A stretch of DNA of 64,000 bases. Source: an uncultured delta proteobacterium. GTDB lineage: Bacteria > Desulfobacterota > Binatia > HRBIN30 > BPIQ01. The position numbers and the translations under genes were made by a program. How positions within the stretch are numbered: the stretch's first letter is position 1; every line of letters starts with the position of its first letter. The DNA lies in NCBI GenBank assembly GCA_963761335.1, contig CAVXGR010000018.1, forward strand, positions 544,001 through 608,000. Direction: 5' to 3'. Under the pieces are notes generated by a model. It did not search any database. It saw nothing but the letters and a program-made list of their open reading frames with translations, and was not told where the DNA came from. Below, one piece after another: positions 30,680-40,354 of the stretch.

Positions 30680-31640
30680 ACATCGTCGACCAGCTGCAGA
30701 GATCGTCACTGTCCGGGGAATAGCGGATACCGCCCTCTGGGGACTGGCAGCCGGCGAGAAAGGCGAGAGCCCGGGATATCGCCTCGGCGTAGCGGTTGCG
30801 GTCGCGGAGAAGCCAGAGGCGGACCGCCTGCGCGGTGGCGTCGGTGCGCGCCTCGCCGAAGCCGTCCATGCCGTTGGCGAAGGCGAGGATGGCGCCGTTC
30901 GGTCGTTGCAGTGCCGCCAGCCACTCGAGCGCCCCGTCGATCGGCTCGAAGAGGGTGGCGAGCCCGTAGTGAGCGACGACCAGGTGTCCTTCCTGCTCGT
31001 AGCAGAACGGGTGGACGTAGACCGGGCTCGGTTGGTGCCCGGAGCGATTGATCAGCGCCCCGACCAGGTCGTCGTGCAGGGTATCGCCGAAGGTGCGCGC
31101 GTACAGGTGCAGGCTGTGGAGGCACTTGAGAAGATGGGCGCCGAACTGCGTCGACCAGCGGCCGTCGACGGCCGCCCGTTTGGGCAGCACGGCGGTACCG
31201 GCGGCGATCTGCTGGCAGACGAAGCGCCGCACGCGGTGAATCACCTCGTCTCCGCCGATGCGCCCCCCGGCGGCGCGATAGCGGAGCAGGCCCGCCAGCG
31301 CCACGGCCGAGTCGAACAGGTAGGTCGTGCCGTTGCGGCCGACCCCTCCGTCCGGCCCGATCGACTTGCACAACCAGGCGGCGACCCTGTCGGCCGCGTT
31401 CCCGGTGCCTGGGGTTTCGGGAAATGTGCTGGTGGAGCTGAGAAACAGCCCCGCCGCCTCCGCGTAGGCGTAGCCCGGATGTCGCGGATTGGCCCAGGAA
31501 AAGACGGCGCCGTTGCGGCCGAAGATGGCCTCGTCGGCGAGCCAGCGGCGCATCGCGCCGATTGCGGGCAGAGGCGGAGCGATCGCCGCAGAGGTGGCCC
31601 CTGGCTGCGGCGATCTGTTCTCAGGCCGCGGAGCGCTCAC
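30621..31640 (-). CDS. Alpha/alpha-barrel protein (prenyltransferase/squalene-cyclase repeat-like)
   Basis: WLAALQRPNG and FLAGCQSPEGG repeats; RTDATAQA. Confidence 0.6.
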   Translation of the reverse strand: MSAPRPENRSPQPGATSAAIAPPLPAIGAMRRWLADEAIFGRNGAVFSWANPRHPGYAYAEAAGLFLSSTSTFPETPGTGNAADRVAAWLCKSIGPDGGVGRNGTTYLFDSAVALAGLLRYRAAGGRIGGDEVIHRVRRFVCQQIAAGTAVLPKRAAVDGRWSTQFGAHLLKCLHSLHLYARTFGDTLHDDLVGALINRSGHQPSPVYVHPFCYEQEGHLVVAHYGLATLFEPIDGALEWLAALQRPNGAILAFANGMDGFGEARTDATAQAVRLWLLRDRNRYAEAISRALAFLAGCQSPEGGIRYSPDSDDLCSWSTMFTLQAAEWFLDEPRLDDLL

Positions 31641-32382
31641 CGTATGGCTGGGGGCGGGGGCGGCGGCTCAGCTTGCCGGCGAGCATGGCGCGCAGGATTC
31701 GGAGCCCGTGGTACACGGGAAGAAACGAGGTCGCGCCGGCAGCGCGCGGATGCCGCGTCACCGGCACCTCGACCACCCGGCCGCCGCGCTCGAGGACGTG
31801 GATCAGCATCTCGGTTTCGATCTCGTAGGCGCGGGCGCGAAGCTCCGCGGGGTTGATGCTCTCCCGGCGGACCGCCCGGAATCCCGCTTGTGTATCACCG
31901 ACGCTCGAGCCGTAGAGGGCGTTGAAGATGCGGGTGAGCAGGATGTTGCCGAATCGGTTGAGCGGGGTGATGGAGCCGTCGAGCAGGGTCCCCGCGAAAC
32001 GGGAGCCGATGGCCATCGCTGCGCCGGAGCTGAGCGCCCCCAGCAGCAGCGGGATCTCGGCGACGTCGTCCTGTCCGTCGGCGTCCAGAAACAGCAGAAT
32101 GTCTCCCGACGCGGCTCGACATCCGGCGCGTAGGGCCTCGCCCTTGCCGCGATTGCGCCGATGCCGGATCACTCTTGCCCCGGCAGCCGCGGCGACCGAC
32201 GGGGTGAGGTCGCTGGAGCCGTCATCGATGACCAGCACCTCGGCGAGATTCGGAGTGGCGCGGCGCGCACCGCGTACCACCTCGGCGATCGTGCCCCCCT
32301 CGTTGTACGCTGGAATGATGACGCTCACCGTGCCGGCGTCGGCCGGCGGAACGCGTGGGGCGGCAGAGCTGCTTGGGGACAT
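31621..32382 (-). CDS. Glycosyltransferase family 2
   Basis: IIPAYNE, IDDGSSD, NRGKG, FLDADGQ, DTQAGFR. Confidence 0.92.
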   Translation of the reverse strand: MSPSSSAAPRVPPADAGTVSVIIPAYNEGGTIAEVVRGARRATPNLAEVLVIDDGSSDLTPSVAAAAGARVIRHRRNRGKGEALRAGCRAASGDILLFLDADGQDDVAEIPLLLGALSSGAAMAIGSRFAGTLLDGSITPLNRFGNILLTRIFNALYGSSVGDTQAGFRAVRRESINPAELRARAYEIETEMLIHVLERGGRVVEVPVTRHPRAAGATSFLPVYHGLRILRAMLAGKLSRRPRPQPYGERSAA

Positions 32383-32415
32383 TGACGAAGTTGTAGCCTC
32401 GCCGCAGTTCGACCG

Positions 32416-33745
32416 TCAAGGAGAACTGCGCCCTTGGCGAGTCTGGCCGTTCAGCGGGACTCCGCCGGCTTCGCCGATCGCCGCCAGTCTGCCAATCGGA
32501 GGCAGACGTCCTCCCTCACCCTCGGCTGCGCCTTGGACCATCTGGCGGAAGCGGGATCCGACAATCTGCAGATCGCGGAAGTCCAGATCACTGCGATAGA
32601 AGATGTGGGCCGCGCCGACGTCGAACGGGCTCCGCAGCGAGGAAGGTGCACATGTAAGCTCGAACTCCGCCTTCCCGGACTTTCCCGAGAGGGCAGCGAC
32701 GAGGCCGCTGTCGTTGACTTGGAGGGAGTCCAGGGACCAGCCGTCTGCGATGCTCTGTCCGACGATGAAGGGTCCGACCTGCCGCAGCGCGGGCACCACG
32801 GCCGGCGCGCCCGCTTCCCGCGCCGTCTCCAGTCGAGTCCAACGCTGCCTCTGATGAGAGATGGCGAGCAGGGCGCATACGGCCAGCACCGCTGCGGCGG
32901 CAGCGAACCGCCGATCGACCCCACCTACTCCCGCGGTGGAGTGCGCCGAGGGCGTCGGCGTGCCGTCCGCCGAGAGGCCGAAGACGAGCAGAAAGACCAT
33001 CGATTCCCAATAGAGAATGTGGGTCAGCAGGTAGATGTTCGCATGCATGGCGAGCAATCCCAGAGCGATGCAGAGCCGCGTCCGGCCGCCGGCGATCACG
33101 AGCGGCCCCGCCAGCTCGAAGCCGAGGGTGGCGACGGCGAACAGCTGAGCGACTGCCGGAGTCGTCGCTACCCAGGAGCGATAGGCGCTCAGCAAGCTGT
33201 CGGCGACCAGTCCGTCCTGTCCGATGACGACTGCCTGGATGGGGATGCCGGAGATCCACTCGGTGCCTCCGTACACGGCCTTGCTGATGCCGGCGTTCAG
33301 ATACGCCGCACCCAGCAGGGCGAGGCTGCCGGTGCGAGCGAACGACTCGTCAGTCGGCGTTCCCCGGGCGCGACCCACGGCCAAGCCGAGAAGCCATCCG
33401 GACAGACACAGGCCGCTGTAGAAAAGATGGCGCCAGGGCGATCCGAACAGCTGTGCATGGACGGAGCTGAGCAGCGCCAGGGCGGCCAGCGCGATCATTC
33501 CCTCCCACAGGCGCCCGGGCCTGCGGCCAAAGGCGATGGTGGCCGCCAGGCCGATGGCGATCACGATGCCGCGCACGGTCGCTGCGCGAGAGGATGTCGA
33601 TCAGCGGGCCGAGAGCCGGGCCGCGGGCCAGCGCCGCGGCGCGGGCCTCGCCGAGGAAGAAGAAGAAGGAGAGCAGGTCGACGGCGACGATGGCGGCCAG
33701 GGCGATGCGCAGGCAAGGCCGTGTCGGCGGGGGCTGTGCGGTCAT
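32416..33745 (-). CDS. HTTM-like membrane protein with C-terminal soluble domain; apparent frameshift near 33585
   Basis: YLNAGISK, FELAGPL, LLAMHANIYLL. The N-terminus MTAQPPPTRPCLRIALAAIVAVD lies in a different frame and overlaps the upstream stop (ATGA). Confidence 0.6.
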
Positions 33746-34188
33746 CGTCCCACCCGGCAGTGGGCGATGACACAGTCCGCGACAGGCGCCGGCGGCGAAC
33801 CGGGGCGCAGCTCCCAAGTCCGCGTGATGAGCTCCGCCTGGAGCGCGCCGGGACCGGCATGGGTCTCGATGTAGCGAGTCAGATCCTCGAACTGATACTC
33901 GATGCCGCGCCGGTGAGCGCACCGAGCCGCGCTGCCCCGCAGGGGCTCGCTGCAGTCGAAGGAGCTGAAATCGGTGACCCGGTGCACCGCACCCCCAGCG
34001 TCGCGAATCAGAAGGTGACTCGCCTGTCTGCCCGGCAGCCGGGCATACATGGAGAAGGTGTCGAGCGGATAGAGCAGCGACGCCATCTGGTCCCCGAGCC
34101 GCATGTCGAAGCGCACCGCCCACGACAGGGCGACGTAGCCGAGGACGCAGAGCACTCCGAAACGAAGCTGCGAGGCGCGCGCGCTCAC
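33742..34188 (-). CDS. Small membrane-anchored protein, likely partner of the HTTM-like gene
   Basis: GTG start overlapping the upstream stop; TM helix then YPLDTFSMYA. Confidence 0.6.
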   Translation of the reverse strand: MSARASQLRFGVLCVLGYVALSWAVRFDMRLGDQMASLLYPLDTFSMYARLPGRQASHLLIRDAGGAVHRVTDFSSFDCSEPLRGSAARCAHRRGIEYQFEDLTRYIETHAGPGALQAELITRTWELRPGSPPAPVADCVIAHCRVGR

Positions 34189-35333
34189 GGGTGCAGCAGA
34201 GGCTCCAGATCGTCCAGCGGATCGACCTTGACGCCACGGGCGGCGAAGGCTGCCGCAAGATGGCGGATGGTCGTCTCGGCGAACTCCTCGGTGGCGAAGG
34301 ACTGAAGCCGGTGTTGCTCGTAGAGATGCCGGACGCGCTCGCCGAGGTACATCCGGTCCAGCCGCACGGCACAGACGTACGGGGCAATCTCCGCGACCAG
34401 GCGGTCGACGTTCATCGGCAGCACCGGCTGGATGACGGCAAAGGTCCTGATCCCCGCCGCGTGCAGCGCCCGCAGGGCCGCGAATCGCTCGCCGATCGGG
34501 TCGGCGCCGGGCTCGAAAATCTTCCGGTACTCGTCGGCATCGGTGGGAATGCTGAAGCCGACGAGGGCCCGCGGGAACCGCTTCAGCAGATCGAGATCGT
34601 CGAGGACGCGCGGCGCGCGCGTCAGGACGACCGGCGCCAGCTCGCTGTCGAGGAGCACCTCCAGACACTGGCGCGTGATCCGGTAGCGCCGCTCCGCCGC
34701 CTGATAGGGATCGGTGAGGATCGGGCTCAGCCTCACGGTACCGCGCTTCGTTGTCTGGATTTCGCGTCGCAGAACTTCCGCGGCGTTGATCTTCACGTCG
34801 AGATAGCGACCCCACGCAAGCCGTGGCAGGCCCTCCAGGCGGCGCGAGAAGTCCGCCCGGTCGATGACGTAGCAGAAGGAGCAGCCGATCATGCAGCCGA
34901 CGTAGGGGTTGATGTAGTAGCGGCCCCTGCCTTCCGGCATCAGCAGGCGTTCGACGAGAACCTCGCGCACGGCGGTGCCGCGCTCGGCGCCGGGCCGCTC
35001 TCCCGCCGGGAGCAGCGCCTCGCGATCGCGGACCACCGCGACGACGTCGTCGACCAGGCGGCGATCCGCCTCGTTCATGGGCGTGTCCTCGAGCAGGCGG
35101 CGCGCGCAGACGTTGAAGCGGGCCGTGCGCGTGTAGCAGTCCAGGCGATCATTGCGCTCTTCGAGCTCCACGAGAACGGAGGCCCCATCACGTTCGAAGG
35201 TGAGGCAGATCGCCTGCTCGGCGTCCCAGCTGATCAGATTCCAGCCGGAAGACGCAGGACGGTCGTTGAGGAACGGCGCCAGGAGCTGGCCGGCAACCTC
35301 CTCGATCCCGCGTCTTACCGGTGTGAGTCCCAC
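34185..35333 (-). CDS. SPL/Rv2578c-like radical SAM protein with extra N-terminal domain; start uncertain
   Basis: INPYVGCMIGCSFCY, VKINAAEVL, TDPYQ..E..Y..TR.CL, FEPGA. Confidence 0.85.
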   Translation of the reverse strand: MGLTPVRRGIEEVAGQLLAPFLNDRPASSGWNLISWDAEQAICLTFERDGASVLVELEERNDRLDCYTRTARFNVCARRLLEDTPMNEADRRLVDDVVAVVRDREALLPAGERPGAERGTAVREVLVERLLMPEGRGRYYINPYVGCMIGCSFCYVIDRADFSRRLEGLPRLAWGRYLDVKINAAEVLRREIQTTKRGTVRLSPILTDPYQAAERRYRITRQCLEVLLDSELAPVVLTRAPRVLDDLDLLKRFPRALVGFSIPTDADEYRKIFEPGADPIGERFAALRALHAAGIRTFAVIQPVLPMNVDRLVAEIAPYVCAVRLDRMYLGERVRHLYEQHRLQSFATEEFAETTIRHLAAAFAARGVKVDPLDDLEPLLHP

Positions 35334-35474
35334 GGTTCTGTGCTCATTCTGCGGTCGCGAGAGCGATCCGACAGGCAGGCTAGTCGCTACGGCAACGGCG
35401 AGCAAGGATTGCGAAGGCTCGGCCCCGAGCTTTTCCTCTGGAAATGGCGCGCCGCCTGCGCGAGACTTCCGAGG

Positions 35475-37265
35475 ATGTGGCGAATCTCTTGGGCCCGGGC
35501 AGCGGCGGCGGCGCGCCTGCTCGCCGAGCTCGCCGGATTCGCGGCGCTGCTGTTCGTGACCCGCTTCATCGCCCGCGGACACCTGGTCCCGCAGATGGAT
35601 CAGGAATGTCACATCGGCGGCATCGCCATCGACGTGCTCCGGCACGGAGTGCGCTTTCCGCTGATGGTGTACGCTCCCAACGAGTACGACAACGGCTCCT
35701 TCTTCAGCGGTCTCCTGGCGGCGGCGTCCTTCTCGCTCTTCGGTCGCAATCTCCTGGCCTTGAAGCTGGTCACGCACCTGATCTGTGCCGCCGGAGCCGT
35801 GGCCACCCTGTGGCTCTTGCGGGGCTGCCTCGAGGAGCTTGGGCTGACGACGCGGAAGGTGTACTGGGCAGCCGTCGCCGTGCTGATCGTCGAGATCGCC
35901 GTGGCCCCGCGCGTGGTGACCCTGGTCTCGATGTACGCCGTCGGCAACCACGCCGAGGGCTGCGCCATCGATACCATTCTGCTGGCGCTCTACTCGCACC
36001 GGGCGCCGCGGAGATCGGCGGCGCGCACCGCCGCCTTCTGGGCGCTGGTGGGGATTGGGCTCTACCTGAACAAAGGGACCTTCCTGGTCATTCCCGTGCT
36101 GGGCGCGGCGGAGGTTGCGCTCGGCTGGCGTTCGCGCCGCCGCCTCGTCGCCGCCCTGGGCGGGTTTGTCGCGGGTATCCTTCCGGAGCTGCTGGTCGTT
36201 GCCCGGCGCCACGCGATGGGCTGGGCGACGATGGCCTCCAAGGCCGAGAACAACTCGCGGGCGTTTCCTCGCGCTTTCGCCGACAGCTTCCTGACTCTTG
36301 CCGATAAGCGACCCGAGCTCCTGCTCCTGTGGGTCATTGCCCTGGTCGCCGGTGGGCTGTTGCTGGCGGGCGCTCTGCGTCGCCGTTGGAGCGGCGGCGA
36401 GGCAGACCTGTGCGCCGGCGCCGCGCCGCCGGTGGCGCTGGCGCTGGTGGTGGGTGTCACCTGCATGCATCTGGCGGCGATGACGGTGATGGCCCAGGGC
36501 GGTCTCGACGCCTACGCGATCTACAGCTATCCCGCGCTGGCCGTGCTGGTCGCGCTACTGGTTGCCTGGGGATGCGCCCAGGCGGAGGCGCACCGGGCCG
36601 GAGGCGGTGTCCTGGTCGGTATCGCCGCAGTGGCGATGGCGCTGGTGGTCTATCGTCCCGAGGCGCTGACCTGGGGAACCGCCGAGGTTTCGGAGCTGTG
36701 GCACGACCGGGCTGGCGCGGCCTGCTCCTGGCGCTTTGCGGAAGGCTTCATGCGCGAGCAGCACTACGGCCTGGCGCCCGGGCAGACTCGTGAGCAGCAC
36801 GCGATTGCCCGCTGCCGCTCTCTCAGCGATCGGGATCAGGTGCTCGACTGCATCGGCGGAATCGGCCGCGAGCTCAACTGGAGGCAGGGGGGGCGGGTGC
36901 ACGGGACGCCGCCGCCGGAGCTCGATGCGGCGGAGCGCCGCGCCTACGCCTACTACTACGGCACTCACCGGGGCGGCGACACGACGGCATGCCGCGACTT
37001 CGATGATACCCAGCTGGTGGCGGAATGTGAGTCCGCCGTGCAGCTGGACTGTCTCATCTTCGGCGACGTCTCCACGCGCTTCGTCGCCGGCCGCGGGCTC
37101 GGCCGACCGCGATGCAGCCTCGCGGCGCCCCCGATGGACGGCTACTGGATGGCGATGCGCGCCGAGCTCCTCGGGAGGCCGGGACACCGGGGCCCCGACC
37201 TCGGCGGCGGGCTCGGGGACAACGATCTGCGGTCCTGTCAGGCGGTTTTCGACGCCTGCTACTGA
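35475..37265 (+). CDS. Polytopic membrane protein, GT-C-like, with Cys-rich extracytoplasmic C-terminus
   Basis: DQEC loop after TM1; about 10 TM helices; several Cys in the C-terminal domain. Confidence 0.6.
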   Translation: MWRISWARAAAAARLLAELAGFAALLFVTRFIARGHLVPQMDQECHIGGIAIDVLRHGVRFPLMVYAPNEYDNGSFFSGLLAAASFSLFGRNLLALKLVTHLICAAGAVATLWLLRGCLEELGLTTRKVYWAAVAVLIVEIAVAPRVVTLVSMYAVGNHAEGCAIDTILLALYSHRAPRRSAARTAAFWALVGIGLYLNKGTFLVIPVLGAAEVALGWRSRRRLVAALGGFVAGILPELLVVARRHAMGWATMASKAENNSRAFPRAFADSFLTLADKRPELLLLWVIALVAGGLLLAGALRRRWSGGEADLCAGAAPPVALALVVGVTCMHLAAMTVMAQGGLDAYAIYSYPALAVLVALLVAWGCAQAEAHRAGGGVLVGIAAVAMALVVYRPEALTWGTAEVSELWHDRAGAACSWRFAEGFMREQHYGLAPGQTREQHAIARCRSLSDRDQVLDCIGGIGRELNWRQGGRVHGTPPPELDAAERRAYAYYYGTHRGGDTTACRDFDDTQLVAECESAVQLDCLIFGDVSTRFVAGRGLGRPRCSLAAPPMDGYWMAMRAELLGRPGHRGPDLGGGLGDNDLRSCQAVFDACY

Positions 37266-38287
37266 GCGGTGGCATTTGCCGCCGCTGCCGGCGCGAGGAG
37301 ACGCTGCCGCCTCAGAAACTCGGCGAGCTGGTCGGCCACCAGGCGGTTGCCCGCAACCGTCATGTGGCCGTGAAAGAGACGAGCGCGCTGCTCGAGCGGC
37401 AGACTTTCGACCGGCGGGAACGCATCCACCGTCAGGAGATGATTCGCCCGGGCGCAGTCGAGTGCGGCGTCTTTGATCTGCAGATGCTCGGCGGTTGCGG
37501 TGGGTTGCTGTGGTTGCGCCAGGACGACGATGCGGAGGCCGTGGGCACGCTCGAAAGCGGCGAGGCGTTTCATGAGCAAGCAGGCAACCTCTCTGCCCTG
37601 GTGATGCACCACCGTCTCGTAGGGGCCCTCCCAGTTGATGAAGGTCGGAAAGAGCAGATCGGCGGTGACGCTGACCGACAGCAGGCGGCGCAGCGGGTCG
37701 TACACGGATGGCGGGGGAATCAGGGCGGAATGAAGCCGCAGCTGGCCGTCCTCGACGTCGAAGTACGGCTTCGGGTGCCCCGACCAGTACGACATCTCGC
37801 AGCGAAGGACGTCATGGGGGATGAAGCTGACGATGACGATGTTCGGTGCGTAGACGGGGGCGAGCTGCTCGGCGCGGAGCACGGCCTGGTCCAAGCCGAA
37901 GCCGGGGACGGCGGCGTTGATCACTCGGTGGCCGGTGCGCCGCTCGAGGATGGCCGGCCACGAGTAGCGGTCGTCAACCTGGTCGCCGAAGGCGAACGAG
38001 TCGCCCACGGCGAGCATCGGCGGGCGCGCCGCCGGCGGCGGCGGATTGCCGTTGCGGCGCGTGCCGTACTCTCCGATGCTGATGTTGAAGCCTCGCGGGT
38101 GATGAATCGAGATGCCGGCTTTTGGAATGCGACCGGCGACCGGGTCGACGACGGCGTAGCGACCGCTGTTGGGTCCTCCCAGCGAGAAGACGGTGTGCGT
38201 GGCAATACGCACCGAGAGCTCGATGAGAAGGAGAACGACTGTGGTGCCCAGCAATAGGCGCAGCGCGACGCGTTTGCGCGTCATCAA
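37259..38287 (-). CDS. Membrane-anchored SGNH hydrolase-like protein
   Basis: LAVGDSFAFG, INAAVPGFGLDQ, HGHMTVAGN. Confidence 0.8.
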   Translation of the reverse strand: MMTRKRVALRLLLGTTVVLLLIELSVRIATHTVFSLGGPNSGRYAVVDPVAGRIPKAGISIHHPRGFNISIGEYGTRRNGNPPPPAARPPMLAVGDSFAFGDQVDDRYSWPAILERRTGHRVINAAVPGFGLDQAVLRAEQLAPVYAPNIVIVSFIPHDVLRCEMSYWSGHPKPYFDVEDGQLRLHSALIPPPSVYDPLRRLLSVSVTADLLFPTFINWEGPYETVVHHQGREVACLLMKRLAAFERAHGLRIVVLAQPQQPTATAEHLQIKDAALDCARANHLLTVDAFPPVESLPLEQRARLFHGHMTVAGNRLVADQLAEFLRRQRLLAPAAAANATAQ

Positions 38288-38309
38288 TTCGGTGGAAAGG
38301 GTGTGGTGA

Positions 38310-39348
38310 CTAGCCCTGCGCTGGCATCGGTGGCGGGAGGGCGCCCGGCGGCGGGGAGACCATCATCGCCGGAGAGGGCGTGAGGGGAAGGGGCGACGGA
38401 GAGGGCGCGATGGGCAGGGGCGTCGGTGGAGGTCCTCCGGCGGCCGGCGTGGCCTCCATGCCGACGCAGGTGTCTGTCCCTGCCTGCATGTAAGAGTCAC
38501 AGGCATCGGCTTGCCCGAGGGCGGCCTTGGCGAGGGTGCGCTCGCGCGCCGGAGCCGACTCCGCCAGGTCCTTCAGGCCCTTGGCGTAGAAGCCCTTCCT
38601 GTCGATGGTGTTCTTGCAGTCCTCGACGATCTCCTTGGAGTCCTTGCCCTGGGCGCTGCAGAGAGACTTGTCGAGCTTGATGAAGGCGCGGCAAACTCCC
38701 TGCAGCTCGCCGGCAGCGGAGCACTGGCTCGCGTCGCCGGAGCGCAGCGCTTTGCGGAAGTTGTCGCAGATGCTGGCCACGCGCGGATCGGCGTGGCACT
38801 CCTCCAGCTTTACGTCGTCGAACATGAACGAGCGCCCATTCGGGTAGGTGCGCAGCTCGTGGAAGATCGAGCGCATGGCCCGACAGTCTTTGATCTGGCT
38901 GTCAGTGGTGAGCAGCTGGCAGGGCGCGTCAGAGTCGGTTGCCACGGCTCCACAGGTGACGAGCTCCGATGCCCGTGGTGCCAGGGCGCGCACCTCGTCA
39001 CTCTTCAGCACGGCAGCGTCCTTGGCGTGGCCCGAGAGGGCCGCCACGTACCGCTCGCAGCGATCGTGAGCCGCGGTATTGGCCGTGGCGACAGCCGGCA
39101 CCGGCGTGGGTGATCCGGCGGGCGCGCTCGTCGTCTCGTTTGCCGCCGTGGCCGTCGCCGGGGGCGCCACCGCAGTGGCGGTGGCGGCGGGGGGCGCCGC
39201 TGTCGGGCTCGCGACGAGCCACCGCGTGCGTCGGCGTCGGGGTCTTCTGCGGCTCGGCGGGTCGAGTGCAGCCGGCGAGCGGCAGGGCCAGGAGAACCAC
39301 GGAGCCGGTTCCCCGGACGATCAGTTTCGCGAAGCGAGAACGGGCCAC
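38310..39348 (-). CDS. Cys-rich lipoprotein with Pro/Ala/Thr linkers; apparent frameshift near 39217
   Basis: ORF 38998..39348 supplies the lipobox LAGC; ORF 38310..39170 supplies the Cys-rich body; joined by a one-base shift. Confidence 0.6.
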
Positions 39349-39349
39349 G

Positions 39350-40354
39350 TCACAGCCCGTACCACTTTCGCCGCAGGGGCGTCAACTTGGGGTTTGTCGT
39401 CCGGGTGCTGGTCGTCTGCGCCCGACGCGCCGGGTAGGCTCCCGGGTGACCCTCCCGAAAGCGGCGGCCCAGTGGGTCGTCGCGTCGCGGCTGAGCGATT
39501 CCGGTCGCCCGGCTGGTCGGGGTCATCCGTTCGCCGGCGCCATTGATCCACGATCTCTCGGAGCTCTGCAGCTCGCGCAGCAGCTGCGGCCGCTGGCGCA
39601 GAAGGGCGATTGCCTCGGGCTGCGGAAGAGCGCGGTGGAGCAGGGCTCGGTACCTCTGCAGACGGGCGCGCCACTGTGCCGGCGAGAGGGTGGTCCTGGT
39701 CGGAGGCGGGCAGGGCACCTGCTGGCCGAGCAGCATGATCATCAAACCCTCGTAGTTGAAAGCCGGGTCGCCCGTCGCACAGCGACGATTGCCGCTTTCG
39801 ACCCACGGGCCACAGGTGGAGTAGTGATCGAGCAGGGGCTGCAGGCCGGATACATCCACCGAAGCGCGACAGTCTCGCCAGAAGCGCGTCTCGCTCTTGC
39901 GGTTGAACTTGTAATGCACGCTGAGAAACCACCGCAGGTAGTCCCAGTGGGCGCCGAGCGCCTCGTTGGCGAAGGAGCGGTCGGACGGCCGATTTCCCGA
40001 CTGCAGCCCGCCGATGAGATAGGCGATCTCGACAATGACCATGTGGAGGGCGGTGGACTCGAGCGGCTCGACGAACCCGTAGGCATTGCCCAGGGCAACC
40101 GTGTTGCCCTTCCAGAAATCCCGGTGGCGGCCGCTGCGGAACTGCGGGGGGACCCGATAGGAGAATGAGTACCTGCCCGGCAGACCCCAATCGAACTTGA
40201 TGCCCAGTTTCCAGGTGGGCCGCACCTCGCGGTACAGGTCGACGATATCGATGCCGAGCTGCCGGTGTAGAAATGGCGGCATCAGGGTGGTGGTTGCTTC
40301 GCCGACGCCGACAACCTTTCGAGCCTCAAGATCTCGACGGTCCTCCGGCATCAT
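39350..40354 (-). pseudogene. Internally deleted tryptophan-halogenase-family (flavin-dependent) gene
   Basis: VGVGEAT, TWKLGIKFDW, FRSGRH, VALGNAYGFVEPLESTAL present; no GxGxxG, no WxWxIP; central region absent. Confidence 0.8.

Noticed and set aside
34191..35474. N-terminal extension making 34191..37265 a 1024-aa protein
   Set aside because: Overlaps the SPL-like rSAM on the other strand; membrane-protein character begins only near 35475. The same reasoning trims 3831, 13923, 52942 and 60300.
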